Assembly (NCBI GenBank): GCA_002189035.1
Contig: CM007990.1
Span: 4,340,001-4,404,000, forward strand
From: Utricularia gibba
Lineage: Eukaryota > Plantae > Magnoliophyta
Reading direction: 5' to 3'
DNA: 64,000 nucleotides
Under the pieces are notes generated by a model, which saw nothing but the letters and a program-made list of their open reading frames with translations, did no database searches and was not told the origin of the DNA. Below are positions 44,619-57,390 of this stretch, piece after piece. Made by a program: the position numbers and the translations under genes. Every line of letters starts with the position of its first letter. The first letter of the stretch is position 1.

Positions 44619-47600
44619 GACAGACCCAGTCATTAAGTCGTTGGACTGTAAAAAAAAAACGAATTATTGCACGAACAGCTTAGCTTTGGTCAACAAGCAA
44701 TGATTCTGTTTCGTTTCGTTTTCTTTTTCTCTGGACAAAAACACGCACTTCCATGCCATGCCATGCCAGAACTTGGAAGTCGAGCTCTGGAAGGGACGTG
44801 CTCAGCTCAGGTGATTAACCCGCATCGGTAACGAAGGAACGAAGACAGGTTGATAGTTGGAAAGAGTAAACCCCAGATTTTACTTTTTTACTGGCTTTTT
44901 TTTTTCATCCGGTCGGTGAATCCGTGGCTCGATTTTTGCAGCCTTGGGCAGGGCGCATAACAAGGGAAGTGAATGAATGGAATGGAATTTACTTGAGCGT
45001 GTCTACAGGCAGAGACCATACCAGACCAGACAGACGCAGACAGACCCCCCTCCTCTTCTGACAGCGGTAATAAATCAACACACCTACAGATGTACATATC
45101 TACCTACATACGGGGCGTTGCATTATTCTAGTTTAGTTGATATTGCTGAAAAAAAAAAGAATTTTGAAAACGATCAGAACTGAATCAGGGTTTTCTAAAC
45201 TCTACCAGATCTTTTTTCTGGTTGTTTTAACAAGAAAATAGGTCTGAAAATGCACCATTTGTCATATTTGTGATCATTAGTTTTGAAATTAAAGATATGT
45301 ATCACATTAAAAAAATTTAAATTTAATTGAATATTAATAATTTATAATTTTTTATATATTTGATCATTTTCTTTTCATTTTAATTAGTTGTTCTAATAAT
45401 TAGATGATCAATTTCATGCCCTCGAGAGCAAAATAATGAACGGAAAAATTGCTTCCGTATCAAAAAGTCATGGTGGTAATGAAATGAAAAAGGGACAGTT
45501 AGTTGGTCTCATCACCCACAAAAGCATGTAATAGTAACTGCCGTGAGCGCAACCAGAGTATGAATTCAAACATGGGCACCATTTTAGGTTCCATTTGATT
45601 CTGCATCTTCAAAATGTAGTATCTAAAAACCCGTTTATTTCAAATAGGTGTGAGCCAACGAATTGAACCGATCATTGAAAAAAATAGTTATCCATACACC
45701 CTCGATTTACAAATTAAAAATTCCATATTATAGGTAATCATTTTTTTGATATAATATATGATTTTTAATTTATCTCGATTTGAACCCTGGTTGCATCGGA
45801 TTCGCGAATCACACGAGGAATGCAGACATGTTCATGTTGTCGTGCAGGAAAGCACGTTGAAATTGGGAAGAAAAAGAAGCGCGAGTAAACGAAGACAGTG
45901 ACAAGACCGACGAGGAGGTGGTTTCCAATGAACAAGATGAGGAAAAGAGCATCAGCCTTGACGCGAAGTGAAGGAGCAGCACTTTAGTAGATGAGACCAC
46001 CGGTTAGTTGATAATCCTCTTCATTGATGATACAAACCGCCAACAAATAAATGCAAACACCGACTGCCCTTTTAGCACCCGTACGCATCCGGAGGCAGGA
46101 TTTGAAGGAATGATGCTGCGTTCTGGAAACGATATGGGCACCCGAGTGGGTGATTTCAAAGTGAACACGCACCCACTTCCAAAATTTTCTACGTCACTAT
46201 GATTTGCAGATGAATAGTGATGTTATCGTGGGAAGATGCCAATTCGAAACTATGAGACAAGGGAGGATATCTTTAAGTTTATGGGTGGAGTTTGTCGAGG
46301 ATGCTTATATTCAGTATAAATAATTTAATTTTAAAATTTTAAAATTGTATTATAGATTTTTAAGTTACTTTTTTTTATAAATAATTTGTTACTCGAACTT
46401 ATAAAATCATATATTTAATCCTTAATGTTATTAAAATCAATTAATTTTGACTATAATATCATTATAATAATGTATCATATAAGATGTGATACCATTATTG
46501 TTATTTTAAATCACATGAGATATAAATACAATATAATTATCATCACTTCAAATCATACGAGATATAAATGCAATATAACCTTAACAGTGATATCATTTGA
46601 TTTGCCGAACTTTAAACATGAAAATGAAAAGTTCTAATATGAAATTTTGTTAAGTTTGAAATTAGAGTTGATTAATGCTGTCGTGAAAAGTCTCACTTTT
46701 TTTGAAATCATTTTGATATTGGCTACATGATTTTGATAAATTAATATGTTTTTTTATACTTTTAAAACCTAAGATTTAATCTTTTTATACTGATTAAAAC
46801 TTGATATACTATTCTGGTAATTTTGTCTTAAATTTATGCTCTAACATAAGTGTTTTTGGGTACTCAAAAGCTCCCTCATCTTGTGCTCTACTGACAAAAC
46901 AACAATTGTGATCTTTTGCGCCATGGCTGCTTTTCCTACGCAAGGGCTTCGCACACCACATATTTTTCAGCGTTGGTTTGGAACAATCTTATCATATTGG
47001 TGCATCAGCAGCAGGGTAGGGCCGCAGCATGATGAGCAGGGCGTATGCTTCTATGTGGCAAAGAGTGGGTGCATTCAGCATATGCGTTTCTTGTCACCAT
47101 GGGAAGCTTTTCGACTCGAGTGCTCTGCATGTGTCCGCCATGTTACTGCTGCCTCCATCTCCATCCCCACCTCCACTGTGTGCCACTTTTTGTTTGTTCT
47201 TCGCCCCCGACACAACCAACATACGAACCCAGCAACCCACGCACCTCATTCTTTCTTTACTTGCCCTCTCCCAGTGACTGATTGATGGATTTGATTCCTC
47301 TGAAAAAAAACAACTGTTTTTTATCTTTTCAATCCCATAACGATGAATAGCAAACACTTACAAATATTAGAACAAAAATATAAATGAAACAAAAATAATC
47401 AAGTATATAAAAATATTTAATTTTATTTTTTTCTAATATAATACATATTTATCATATACTTAAATTTAATGTGTCATCGTCTGATCCATAAGATTCTTAA
47501 TTTTAATATGATATTAAGGTATTTGCCTAACCGTATAGCTTAGATGGGCAAGATAATCTTGGATTTCTCATATGCTCGTCTAATACATCAGATCCTTAAT

Positions 47601-48987
47601 TTCAATGACATAGATAAAATCTACACATAACTCCCAATAAACCTTAAGTCATTTACAAATGTGACCATCATCCCATTCTCCCTCACACATCCAAGTAGTA
47701 ATGACCAAATTTCTAATAGATTCTTGGAATAACTTGTCCCAAATAACTTCTCAGAAAACAATGTTCACAAAGCTATCAAATTTGAATGAAATTTGGGTAC
47801 GAGTAAAAAAATAGAAACAAAGCTGTCTTATGTGACTAAAAAAAAGGCTCCAGAAATTTAACTCAAGGTTGCATGTTATGAAATACTCATTGAAGAAGAG
47901 AATGAATTACTTTTTTCCCAGTATTTTTTTATTATTGGCGAACTGGGCACCAAAAGCAAAAGGTATAAAAGTTTTGTCGCAAAAGTTCAACAAATTGCAG
48001 ACGAATAGAAAAGGAACAAAAGGAAAGGGACTGAGAAGGAACATCCCACGCCCCATGTCCTATCCCACAATTCCACGTACATGATCGTATACCACACCTC
48101 AATATTAATTATTAAAGAATCAAAATATGACATTATATAAATATATTTTAAAAATAAATAAAAAAATGAATTATAAAACATAAATTTTATAAATTTAATA
48201 ATTTATAAAATTAATTATATAGTTTGAATATTTAATTTTACTACGGAAATTTTAAAAGTTAGAGTCTTAAAAAATAAGAATAATCACTTTAGTAAATTAT
48301 TAATATCAGTTCATATCAAAGCCTGAAAAAAAAAACCTAAATCCAATTCATACCTAAAAGAGAGCCTAGCATTGAAGTTCATACCCAACTCAAGCCCAAA
48401 GTAGTAAATCCAAATTCAACCCAATTTAATTTTTTTTTTTAGTTTTTGAAAAATATTTTACAAGCATTTGATAGGATAGTTTAATCAATAATATATTTCA
48501 TGTATTACACTTGAAATTATGTTTGATATATAAGTTTAATTAAATTTGTATTTAAAATAATATTATTTTTGATAAATATATTTTAAAAAGTGATGAATAA
48601 ACTAAAACTTGTTTGAATAAAAAAGAAAACTCATGTAAGAGAAAAAATTTAAAAAACATGATTTAAATACGTTATGAAACACATTTTTATTATCAATTCT
48701 CTAACAAAAACAAGTTATTAATTTCAAACCTAAAATTTTTTAATTGTGAAAATTATATTTGAAATTAGCATTAATATTTTGCATATTTAACCTTGGGTTT
48801 ACCCAAGCCAAGTAACTTAGAATTTGCATTTTTACAATTTCGGGTCGGATTTACCCCATCCATTCCCAACCCTACTCATAAGACTCTAGTGCCTTTGTCA
48901 TTGTGCATGATATGAATCATCCGAACCTTGATTTGCATGAGGAAGCCCTCTTACAACATACAAAAAATAAGCAAAACTTCAACATGT

Positions 48988-51900
48988 TTACGTATCGAAA
49001 TCGTCGTTACCAGGATGATTATCATCAACAGAGCATATGGTATCAAGCACAACTTTAGCAAACAAGTGCCTGACCTCTCTTAAGCTTCCCATGGCTAGCA
49101 GCTCATGATCGATCTTGTTACTGCGTTTTGATGCATATCGGCGATTCCTTGCGCCTCCGACGCATTCGAATATCGTCACCACTCGCAAGTAGAGTGTCAA
49201 AGGGAAGAGTACCTGGAGGTCATCAATTCTGAAAAACATGAGGGAAGCTCATGCAGGTAGTGGTGCTTTGTAGAAACTGTGGGCTCTCAGTAAGGCTACA
49301 GAATGGATGTTGCTTACCAGGTCGGAGAAGGGTGCTTTGGGATATCTCGCCATCGAACGCGACACGAAGTACTCGTCGGTCATATGGGTGAGTGCAGTTC
49401 GAACTGAAGAAGCCAAGCTCATAACCTCATCTAAAATGGCGTCTGGATCCAAGTTTCCAGGTCCCAACACTTCATGAAAGGTTGTGTCATAATGCGTAGT
49501 CATATGAATTGTTCTTTCGAGAGCTTTTGACAGATCCCCGGAATTGCAGATGGCGTTGGCGAAGGTGGCAATCACCACAGGATTCCTAGGCCTTTCAGAG
49601 AGTGCTGCGTGAAATGCTAAGATTGCAAACCTGAAAATCATTCTTCATCATTATTTTACTCGAACGTGAAGGAACAAGAGCTTCCAGAGGAAACTAAAAG
49701 TTACCATAAGCTACTGTGACATGGCCTATCAGGTGCTAGATGCTTGTCAAGGTTGGAGAACAAAGCCTGCACCAGTGTATCATCGGGTGAAAACAGTGGC
49801 ACAAGCATGAATCTTTGTGACAAAGAAACCTTTAGAATCCAATTAACTATATATGAATTGCATATAAGAAGCTCAGTATTCTGTAAAGTTTAAGCTATCA
49901 ATGGAAAAAAAAAAATGGATCTCTTCTACTGCTGGGTAAGTTTTTCAAAAAGATTACCAGTAGCATGTTATACCGCTTGTCACGTCTTCTAAACCCATCA
50001 CGCACAAAATATGCTGCCTGCGAAACACATCAATGCTGCGATGCTGTCAATGTTGGAGTTTATGTTTTGAAAAAAAAAAAAAACATGGTATCAATCAGTC
50101 CCTATGCACCTGAATGGGCAAAAGAATCTCCAGAAGACCAAGCTTCCACAGTAATCTCAGGGATGCTTCCCCGGAACCATACGCCAACATGTAATTGACT
50201 TCCATTAGAAGCCTTCCCTGTATAACAAATATAGCAATTCCAAAAGTTTAATCAGCCTCAGAAAAAGCATCCCACAAGAAAACAAGTTTACTCAAGTTAC
50301 CCTATCAAGCCGCATGACTGAAGGAGACAACTTTCTTATGGCAAGAGCAGTCTCTTTTGAAAACCGAAAATCCAAGCGAGCAGCAATACGAATAGCACGT
50401 AGAATCCGGGCTACAATGATGAAGTGCCAGTGTAACAGTACGTGAGGAACATTTTCATTGGTGAAAAATTTCAACAAAAACCAACCACTACGTTCTGATA
50501 GAAAATATTTTCTGGAAGTCTGACAGCTTTTGCTAGAAAGAGAAACAAGCATACCACAATCCTCAGTCAAGGAAAGATTTGCAGGTATGATGGTTCGGAC
50601 CTTCAGATATAAGTGAGCATTAGTACTTAATAGGAGAAGCTAAAGCTAAAAAATGGGAGAAATACATGTTGCTTCGCACCTTGGCATTTTTTATATCATT
50701 CACACCACCCATGTAGTCATACACCAACTTCTCAAAGGGATCAAACAACAATCTGAAATGAGAATCAGAATATCAAATGCAGATTGAAGAAGCAAAATAA
50801 TTTTAAAATAAAAGAATGAACAAGATACCCGTTTATTGTGAAGTCCCTCTGCAGACAATTTCTCCAACGAATAAAATCTTTCTCATCACAGGTAGCAGGT
50901 TGCTGAACCTCCAGACTCCACATCTTACCTGGGGCCTGGGTGCTAAAGCTTGAAACCTAATATATTGTGGTATGAGTTCACTACAATAATTTAAGATGTC
51001 CAAGTGTTCAACCGGATGTTGGGCAATGTGGCAGAAAAAACAGGAGGTCATTCACCATTGTAAAAAATGATGAATCAAAACAGCAACCAAAAGAATTGGA
51101 GGAAAAACACAAAACTCAATTTCACAGAATAGTGTGCGGAAGAAAAGAATACAAGAAGCACCGCACACATGAGAACAGCTTTAAGGAACAATATGAACAA
51201 CAAGAGATGCGGATAGATACATAGAGGTGCAGAAAGCATGAGGAACACGATGCTCCAGGTTTGATAATATTCTTGAAGATAGCATACCTCTATTGTAGTA
51301 TCATCGATGTGCACATGACAGATAGGAAACCGTCTACCAACCTTCTCACACCTAGAAAATGTCCTCATCACCTACAGAGGTTTGAGAATAATGTAATATC
51401 ATTGTTGGACCTTTCAGCTTTTCAACTGATTTGCAAAAGCTACCAGTTATAGTAATGAAACGACCACAATGGTGGAATACCTTAATGCTTACCTCTTTTA
51501 AATCAGCGGAGGTTATTACATCAAAATCCTTAGGAGTTCTTCTCAAGATAAGATCTCTTACGCATCCCCCCACAAGGTAAACATCATAACCTATGGAGAA
51601 GGTGTTAAATGAGATCTCCACGTAACATAAAAGTTCTTCATACCACGTAAAAACCAGATCATCCTTAAGTTCAGATGAAACAACAGCTATCAACTTAGAC
51701 AAGCACGCACATACAGTAAAACTACTCACTGACACCCGCGTGCATATCCGATGGAAAAAAAAACTGAATATGTTCAAACATAAGACAACCATCAATTGAA
51801 AAAAAAGAAAAAAGAAATCTGTTGAGGGAAAAAGAAGAATAAATGAAATGATATGGATCAAATATGCTTAAACAATTTAGAACTATTACTTATTTAAACA

Positions 51901-52378
51901 GGAAAACCTCTGCTTTTAAGTCCTTTCAGCACTATTCTTGTCTCCCTCGAAATTTTAGATGTACTTATTCCGAGGTCCTTGGATTTCAATTTCTTCCATT
52001 CCGCTGTCTTTCCAAATGCATTTTCAGGACACGCATTGTCATTCACTAAAAAGTAAAGCAAAAATCTTCGGTCATGTCACACTAAAACAGAGCCCACAAA
52101 AGCATTATCCATGCTCTAGCATCAACAAGGAATAGACCCATTTTACCGATCCCACCCTCCGTTTTATCAAGTGCTTCAACTGCAGCAGCGTGTCCCAGCC
52201 TTACCTACCCAGATGCAAAAAGCACACAGAACAAGCTGCAGTGAAAGTAAATAAACCTTAACTGGCACAAAAAGCAAAGACGAAAACTTACTTGAAGATA
52301 GCATTGATGAAGGGGAATACGTAAGGAGTAACAGGGGAGGCGATAGAATCCGAGGCCAGATGAGGTACCCATAGCCAT
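48988..52378 (-). CDS. Bacterial-type poly(A) polymerase / tRNA nucleotidyltransferase family protein (PcnB-like), about 14 exons, probably organelle-targeted
   Basis: GYDVYLVGGCVRDLIL.RTPKDFDVIT, KVGRRFPICHVH, RNCLQRDFTING, DC|ARILRAIRIAARL, GRLLMEVNYMLAYGSGEASLRLLW, YPKAPFSDL|VLFPL. N-terminus MAMGTSSGLGF... resembles a transit peptide. Confidence 0.93.
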
Positions 52379-52400
52379 TGGAATTCATTCAAATCGACAT

Positions 52401-52409
52401 TTAGGGTTT
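52401..52409 (-). promoter_or_regulatory. Canonical telo-box AAACCCTAA in the leader of the poly(A) polymerase gene
   Basis: Plus strand reads TTAGGGTTT, about 25 nt upstream of the ATG at 52378. Confidence 0.55.
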
Positions 52410-55400
52410 TGTCAAGATTACTCTTTTAAGATAGCTGATCACCTCAATTCAGTAAAATCTTGTTGCTTGGAATGGGAAGTAGTTCAACATCCAACCGCCA
52501 TACTCCGGAAAAACATTCCCAATTTCAGATTAACCTTCTTCTTCTCAGTAATTTACCTGTGTCGCTCCATTACGGTGCCACCACATGCATATCTCATGTC
52601 GGAACATCCGTTTCTGGTTGTACCCTCAGGAAGTTCGAGTGCCACAAACCTAACAAGGCCGGAGAACCCTTTCAAGAATGGTGTAGCAATGCCCCCTTTC
52701 TCTACCCAAAGGCCCGGCCCTCTGAGTTCTGTGACAGGCCGGTCTGGTCTCTGGTGCACCAGAGTCCACGAATACAGAAATACCCAAACCTTACTCCCCA
52801 CATAATCACATAAGAGCATCTTTAATGATTTTTGAAAATGATAACATGATTTTTCGGAAATGGTGATATAGTTTTTCGGAAATCACTTTTATTTTTACGA
52901 AAATGATTAATTTGAGTAAACTCTATGTTGCGGAAATCACTTTCAAAAAATTTTGTTTTCTTATAAAAACTTAATAAAAAAATCTACGTCATCATTTTTA
53001 TAAATCATAAAATATACTTTAAATCGCGAAACACCACCATTCCCATTGGATCACTTTCTTTTTTTAAAAAAAAAACATTATAATCGATATTCCTAAAAGA
53101 ATATCAACATGATCTTATTCCATGTCCAATATGGAAAATGTAGCCTCACATCAACTCGAACACGGTACGGCAGCCGGGGGACCCTGTGTCATCATCTACT
53201 CCATGTAACCACACACATACCATCATTTTTACTCAATACAAGATGCAATTTTCTTACCGGAATAACATGTTTGTACTAAAATTACGATGACAACGAGTCG
53301 ATTATAAACGTCTAATTTTATCGGATTGAATGCATTTTTTTCTTCTTTTTTACCCAATTCACAATGGATCAAATTTGTATGTGTACCAATATAAGAAATA
53401 GAAGGATGTCAAATCCCATCATGAGTCTAGTGGAAGAGTTTGGAGTATAATACGTCTCTTCTCTATTCATTAAATTCATTTTCTTTTTTAGTTTAGTATT
53501 TTTTAATAAATAATTATGCATGTTTTTTTTTTTCGGAAAAACCTGCCAATTTTTTTTAAATATAAGAAATTGTGGCATCTATTTTTTATATCAATATATA
53601 TATATATATGTTTACTTTTTAACGATAAAAAAATTAAAAATAGTTAGTTGTGAATATAAAATTTAAATAATATAATAAATATATTTATTAAAAATATTAA
53701 ATAGACAAACTGTTCAATCATACTAATTTAAATCATCAAATATATTGATGTATGTTATTCATAATTGTTGGTATGACATTTTTTTCTAGTGTCCAATAAT
53801 AATATATTTTAAAATTATTTCTTGTATATTTTAATATATTTTTATGTTTTCATTAATAATATAAAAAATACTTTTCAATTATTATTATTCCCTACAAGCA
53901 TCATATTTCAATGTTAATAAAATAATATTATTTATGAATAAATTTAAAGGGAGTGAATTGAAACATGGGTAAAAGAAAGGGGCCAGATGTGAATTTTGAG
54001 GAAAATGAAAATCCTTGTGTATTGTCCATTTATCATGTTTTTGACACAATGAATAAAATGATAGAAGTTGAAGGCATAGTGGGCTTGGGAATAACATGTG
54101 GTGCAAAATAGAAAATTATTTTTTTTTTATTTTTCTGCAACAATGGGTTCATCGCACATGTCGAAACGTCATTGTGCTAGTGGAATATTTTAATATTTTC
54201 TAATCACATTTACATGTATAATATAATGTCTGATTGAGAATTTTGATATAAGAAAAAAAATTATTATAAAAACCAAGGAAAAGTTCATGTTTTTTGCCTG
54301 ATGTTGGTTATTGCTCTCATCCTATGATATGGAGGTGTGAATACTTAAGTTTTAATTGGTTCTTATTCTTGAAAAAACAATTTTACATGTTCAATAGTAA
54401 AATTGATTTTGTTTTATTTTTCTAATATTTCTTAGATGTTTAATTAAATGATTACTACTTATACTTCAATTGGTTATGAATGGTAAATGATATGTGTTTA
54501 AATATAGAAATACTTATAATTCTATACAAGGTTTTTTTTTTTGCAATCGGATATTATAAAACCGTAAATAACGAATAATATCATATAAGACGAACTTGAA
54601 TCTTGATATCTGATATAAGATGTATTATTTAATAATTTGATTCACGTTATCTTGTAACATTGATGTAGAACAGGAGAACCGGGTCTTTATCGAGGACCGG
54701 GGATTGGAATTTCGGGTCATGGGTTTAGAAGAAAACTCTCCCCGACCGCATTTCCCTTCGGCCTCGTGAAGTCAGGCTCAAGGTTTTTTTCCCATTTGAC
54801 CGGCGCTTTTCCAACCACATACTGTGTGTGTCCTCAACTACAAGCGCACCCCGCCGGCCTTCCGCTCCGATCATCGATCTTCCCTTCGAGAAGGAATAAC
54901 AAGAAAATGGCATCCACTCCAACATCTATACTACGACTGTTAGCATTTGTTTGAACTGGTTTCACTTGTTTTGCGTGTAGAACCCCCGCAAGTGGCGCGA
55001 TTGAGTCGTACGCTGGCGGGTTCTGATGCCTTGAGGGCGATGATTCCCCAGCGCAGCACACAGAAGCTGCATCCATGGCGTCTGTCAGACAGTACAGAGC
55101 ATGGGCATCAGCAAGCGATAGGAATGAGTGAATGAGGGGATGGGGATGGCGCTGGCCCTGCTGAATGGATCAGGCGCAGAAGAAGCAGTCCCTGTAAGCG
55201 TAAAAAGTGAGGAGGGGATTCAAAATCTAATCGCGACTCAATCGAATCAGGAGAAGAGATTCATTTACCTGGAAAAGGCGTATCGAGTTGTCATCTTTAA
55301 TGGCCCTTCCCCCACATGTTTCCTGCCTTCTCTGCATTCCTCTCTTTCAGGATAGAGATATCTGCCTTCTGATTCTTCTTCATCTTCCTTTCTTTGTTTT

Positions 55401-57321
55401 TCCCTCTATTTTCTACATTATTTTATTATACTATTCTTTTTTTTTTTTTTTCCGGTGTGGGAATTTTTTTTAGGAGAGACTAGTCCATTTGTTGTCCTTT
55501 CCTATAACTATATAAAGTGTATTAAAATGTAAAAATGTTTATATGATGCTATCGTCATCATATGGTAAAATAAGAACGAAATCATATAGATTAAGTTCGA
55601 TAGAACAATTTAACAAATACTTTTGATAAAAAATATAGTCATTAAACATACTAAACATGACACAAGTGAAAAACATAAATTATATATCATTTTATTTCTA
55701 GTAATTTCAATTCAAGAACAATTATTCCCTTCATATGAATTGTTTCGAAACGATTTTACAGAACAATTTCGCAACATACATCACATATGATGAACAAACA
55801 ATGTGTAAGAAGGGAAGAGTTGTTAGAGACTTGGAGGTTGAACCCTTCTTTGTTATAAAAATAAGTAGGGTGCGACAAAAAGCTAGCTTCATATGGTTTC
55901 TATACTTAATGTCACCTTAAATTTTAAAAAATAGTTTTGTTACGAAATAAGAGTAATTTTTGTCCAAAACTACAAGAATTTACCAGTGCTTGTTATTTTT
56001 TAAATTTTATTATTAGAAACACTTCTCGAAAATTAATTTTCAAAAACAAGAATTCGAAATGATTAAGACTTCTGGGAGATGTTCATATCATGTCATGTTG
56101 TTTTAAAAACCTTGTTGATGAAATGGTGGAAAATGAATCGATGCCTTTTAAAATTATTTTTCATACTTTAAAAATCATTAATCAATGTTAGATAATTTTT
56201 TTAATCGGCTGGAGGGCATATATTTGAATACGAAAACTAAAACATTAAAATAAAATTTGATACTAAATTAAAAAAAAACGTGATTAAAAAAGGAATATTT
56301 TATTGCAAATGGTTTTAAAATCACGAGTCATGCGCCATATGTGATGTTGAAAAACCTTATATGATAAATACCGAAATTAATAAAAAATAATTTGATTTTT
56401 TTCTATATCAAGTTTTTGATTATGTATGTATAATTAAAATTTTCAATAAAAATTACCTATTTGAATTTAAGAATTCACAAAATAGATAATATGTAAGCTA
56501 ATTATATCATATTTTTACATAGTATTGTAAGATAATACTTAGGTGAATCTTACACATGTTACGAACATAGTAGAGAGATCTTCTTTAATTTTATATTAGA
56601 TGTTTCCTCAAAAGGATAAATATAAAATCGTAAAATTTGAATATTAAAAACAAATAATGGTGTGCAAAGAGAATGTGTAAATCATTATATTTGATATCAT
56701 AACTAAATATAGTACTATAGTGGGATAAACTTCAACAAAGACATTTAGTTTCTAAGGGAGGCGGAAGGGTCAGAACCTTAGTTAAATCTCAAATCGGTTA
56801 TTGACAGAGTAAAAGAACAGTTTATATAAAACAAATTTTTCTAATCTTATATCCATTCTTTTTTCAAAAAAAGAAAACGTAAAACTATGAAAATTATGTG
56901 CATGAAACAAATATTATCATACAAGTATAGAATATAAGTTATTATTACCTTCAAATGTATAACTAAACCCAACAATAAGTTAAACATGTTTTTCATTTTC
57001 TTTTTTTAATATAAAAAACAAAGAATTTTGATCGCTAGGTTGCATTTAATATCATGTCACCAACAGTAAGATGTTGTCCCCTTCTGTTGCAATTAAGATT
57101 TTGGGGAAACCAGGAATTGATTAGCCCCCCAATTACCATCTCCCATTGGTCACAACTGAATTAAATTATTTATTATTTAGAAAAGGATATTTGTCACAAT
57201 TCACAATGGACCAATCAAAAATACTCAAAATACAATGCAATTCACATTAAATTAAAAATAATATTTAATCCATATCTCTTTTTTTTGTTGCAATAATAGC
57301 CTCTCTCTCCCTCTCCATGCT

Positions 57322-57328
57322 TATATAA
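57322..57328 (+). promoter_or_regulatory. TATA box of the bHLH gene
   Basis: TATATAA inside the palindrome GCTTATATAAGC (57319-57330), about 65 nt upstream of the ATG. Confidence 0.65.
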
Positions 57329-57390
57329 GCTCTGATCCTCCCCTCAGGCTTGGCAGTCTTACCTGCTGAGCGTTGCTGCGAGACAAAATA

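Noticed and set aside
44641-44648. TTGGACTG, the 5' end of miR319
   Set aside because: Only 8 nt match, followed by poly-A, and there is no complementary arm.
45770-45800. GGTTCAAATC T-loop-like motif on the minus strand
   Set aside because: No cloverleaf, A-box or acceptor stem could be built; at most a SINE or MITE trace.
48792-48807. CTTGGGT-TT-ACCCAAG hairpin as a Helitron 3' end
   Set aside because: It is not followed by a CTRR terminus at the expected spacing, and no 5' TC end was identified.
54715-54830. Resemblance of GKAPVKWEKNLE...GESFLLNP to the cytochrome P450 meander region
   Set aside because: No PERF, no FxxGxRxCxG heme motif and no correctly spaced ExxR motif.
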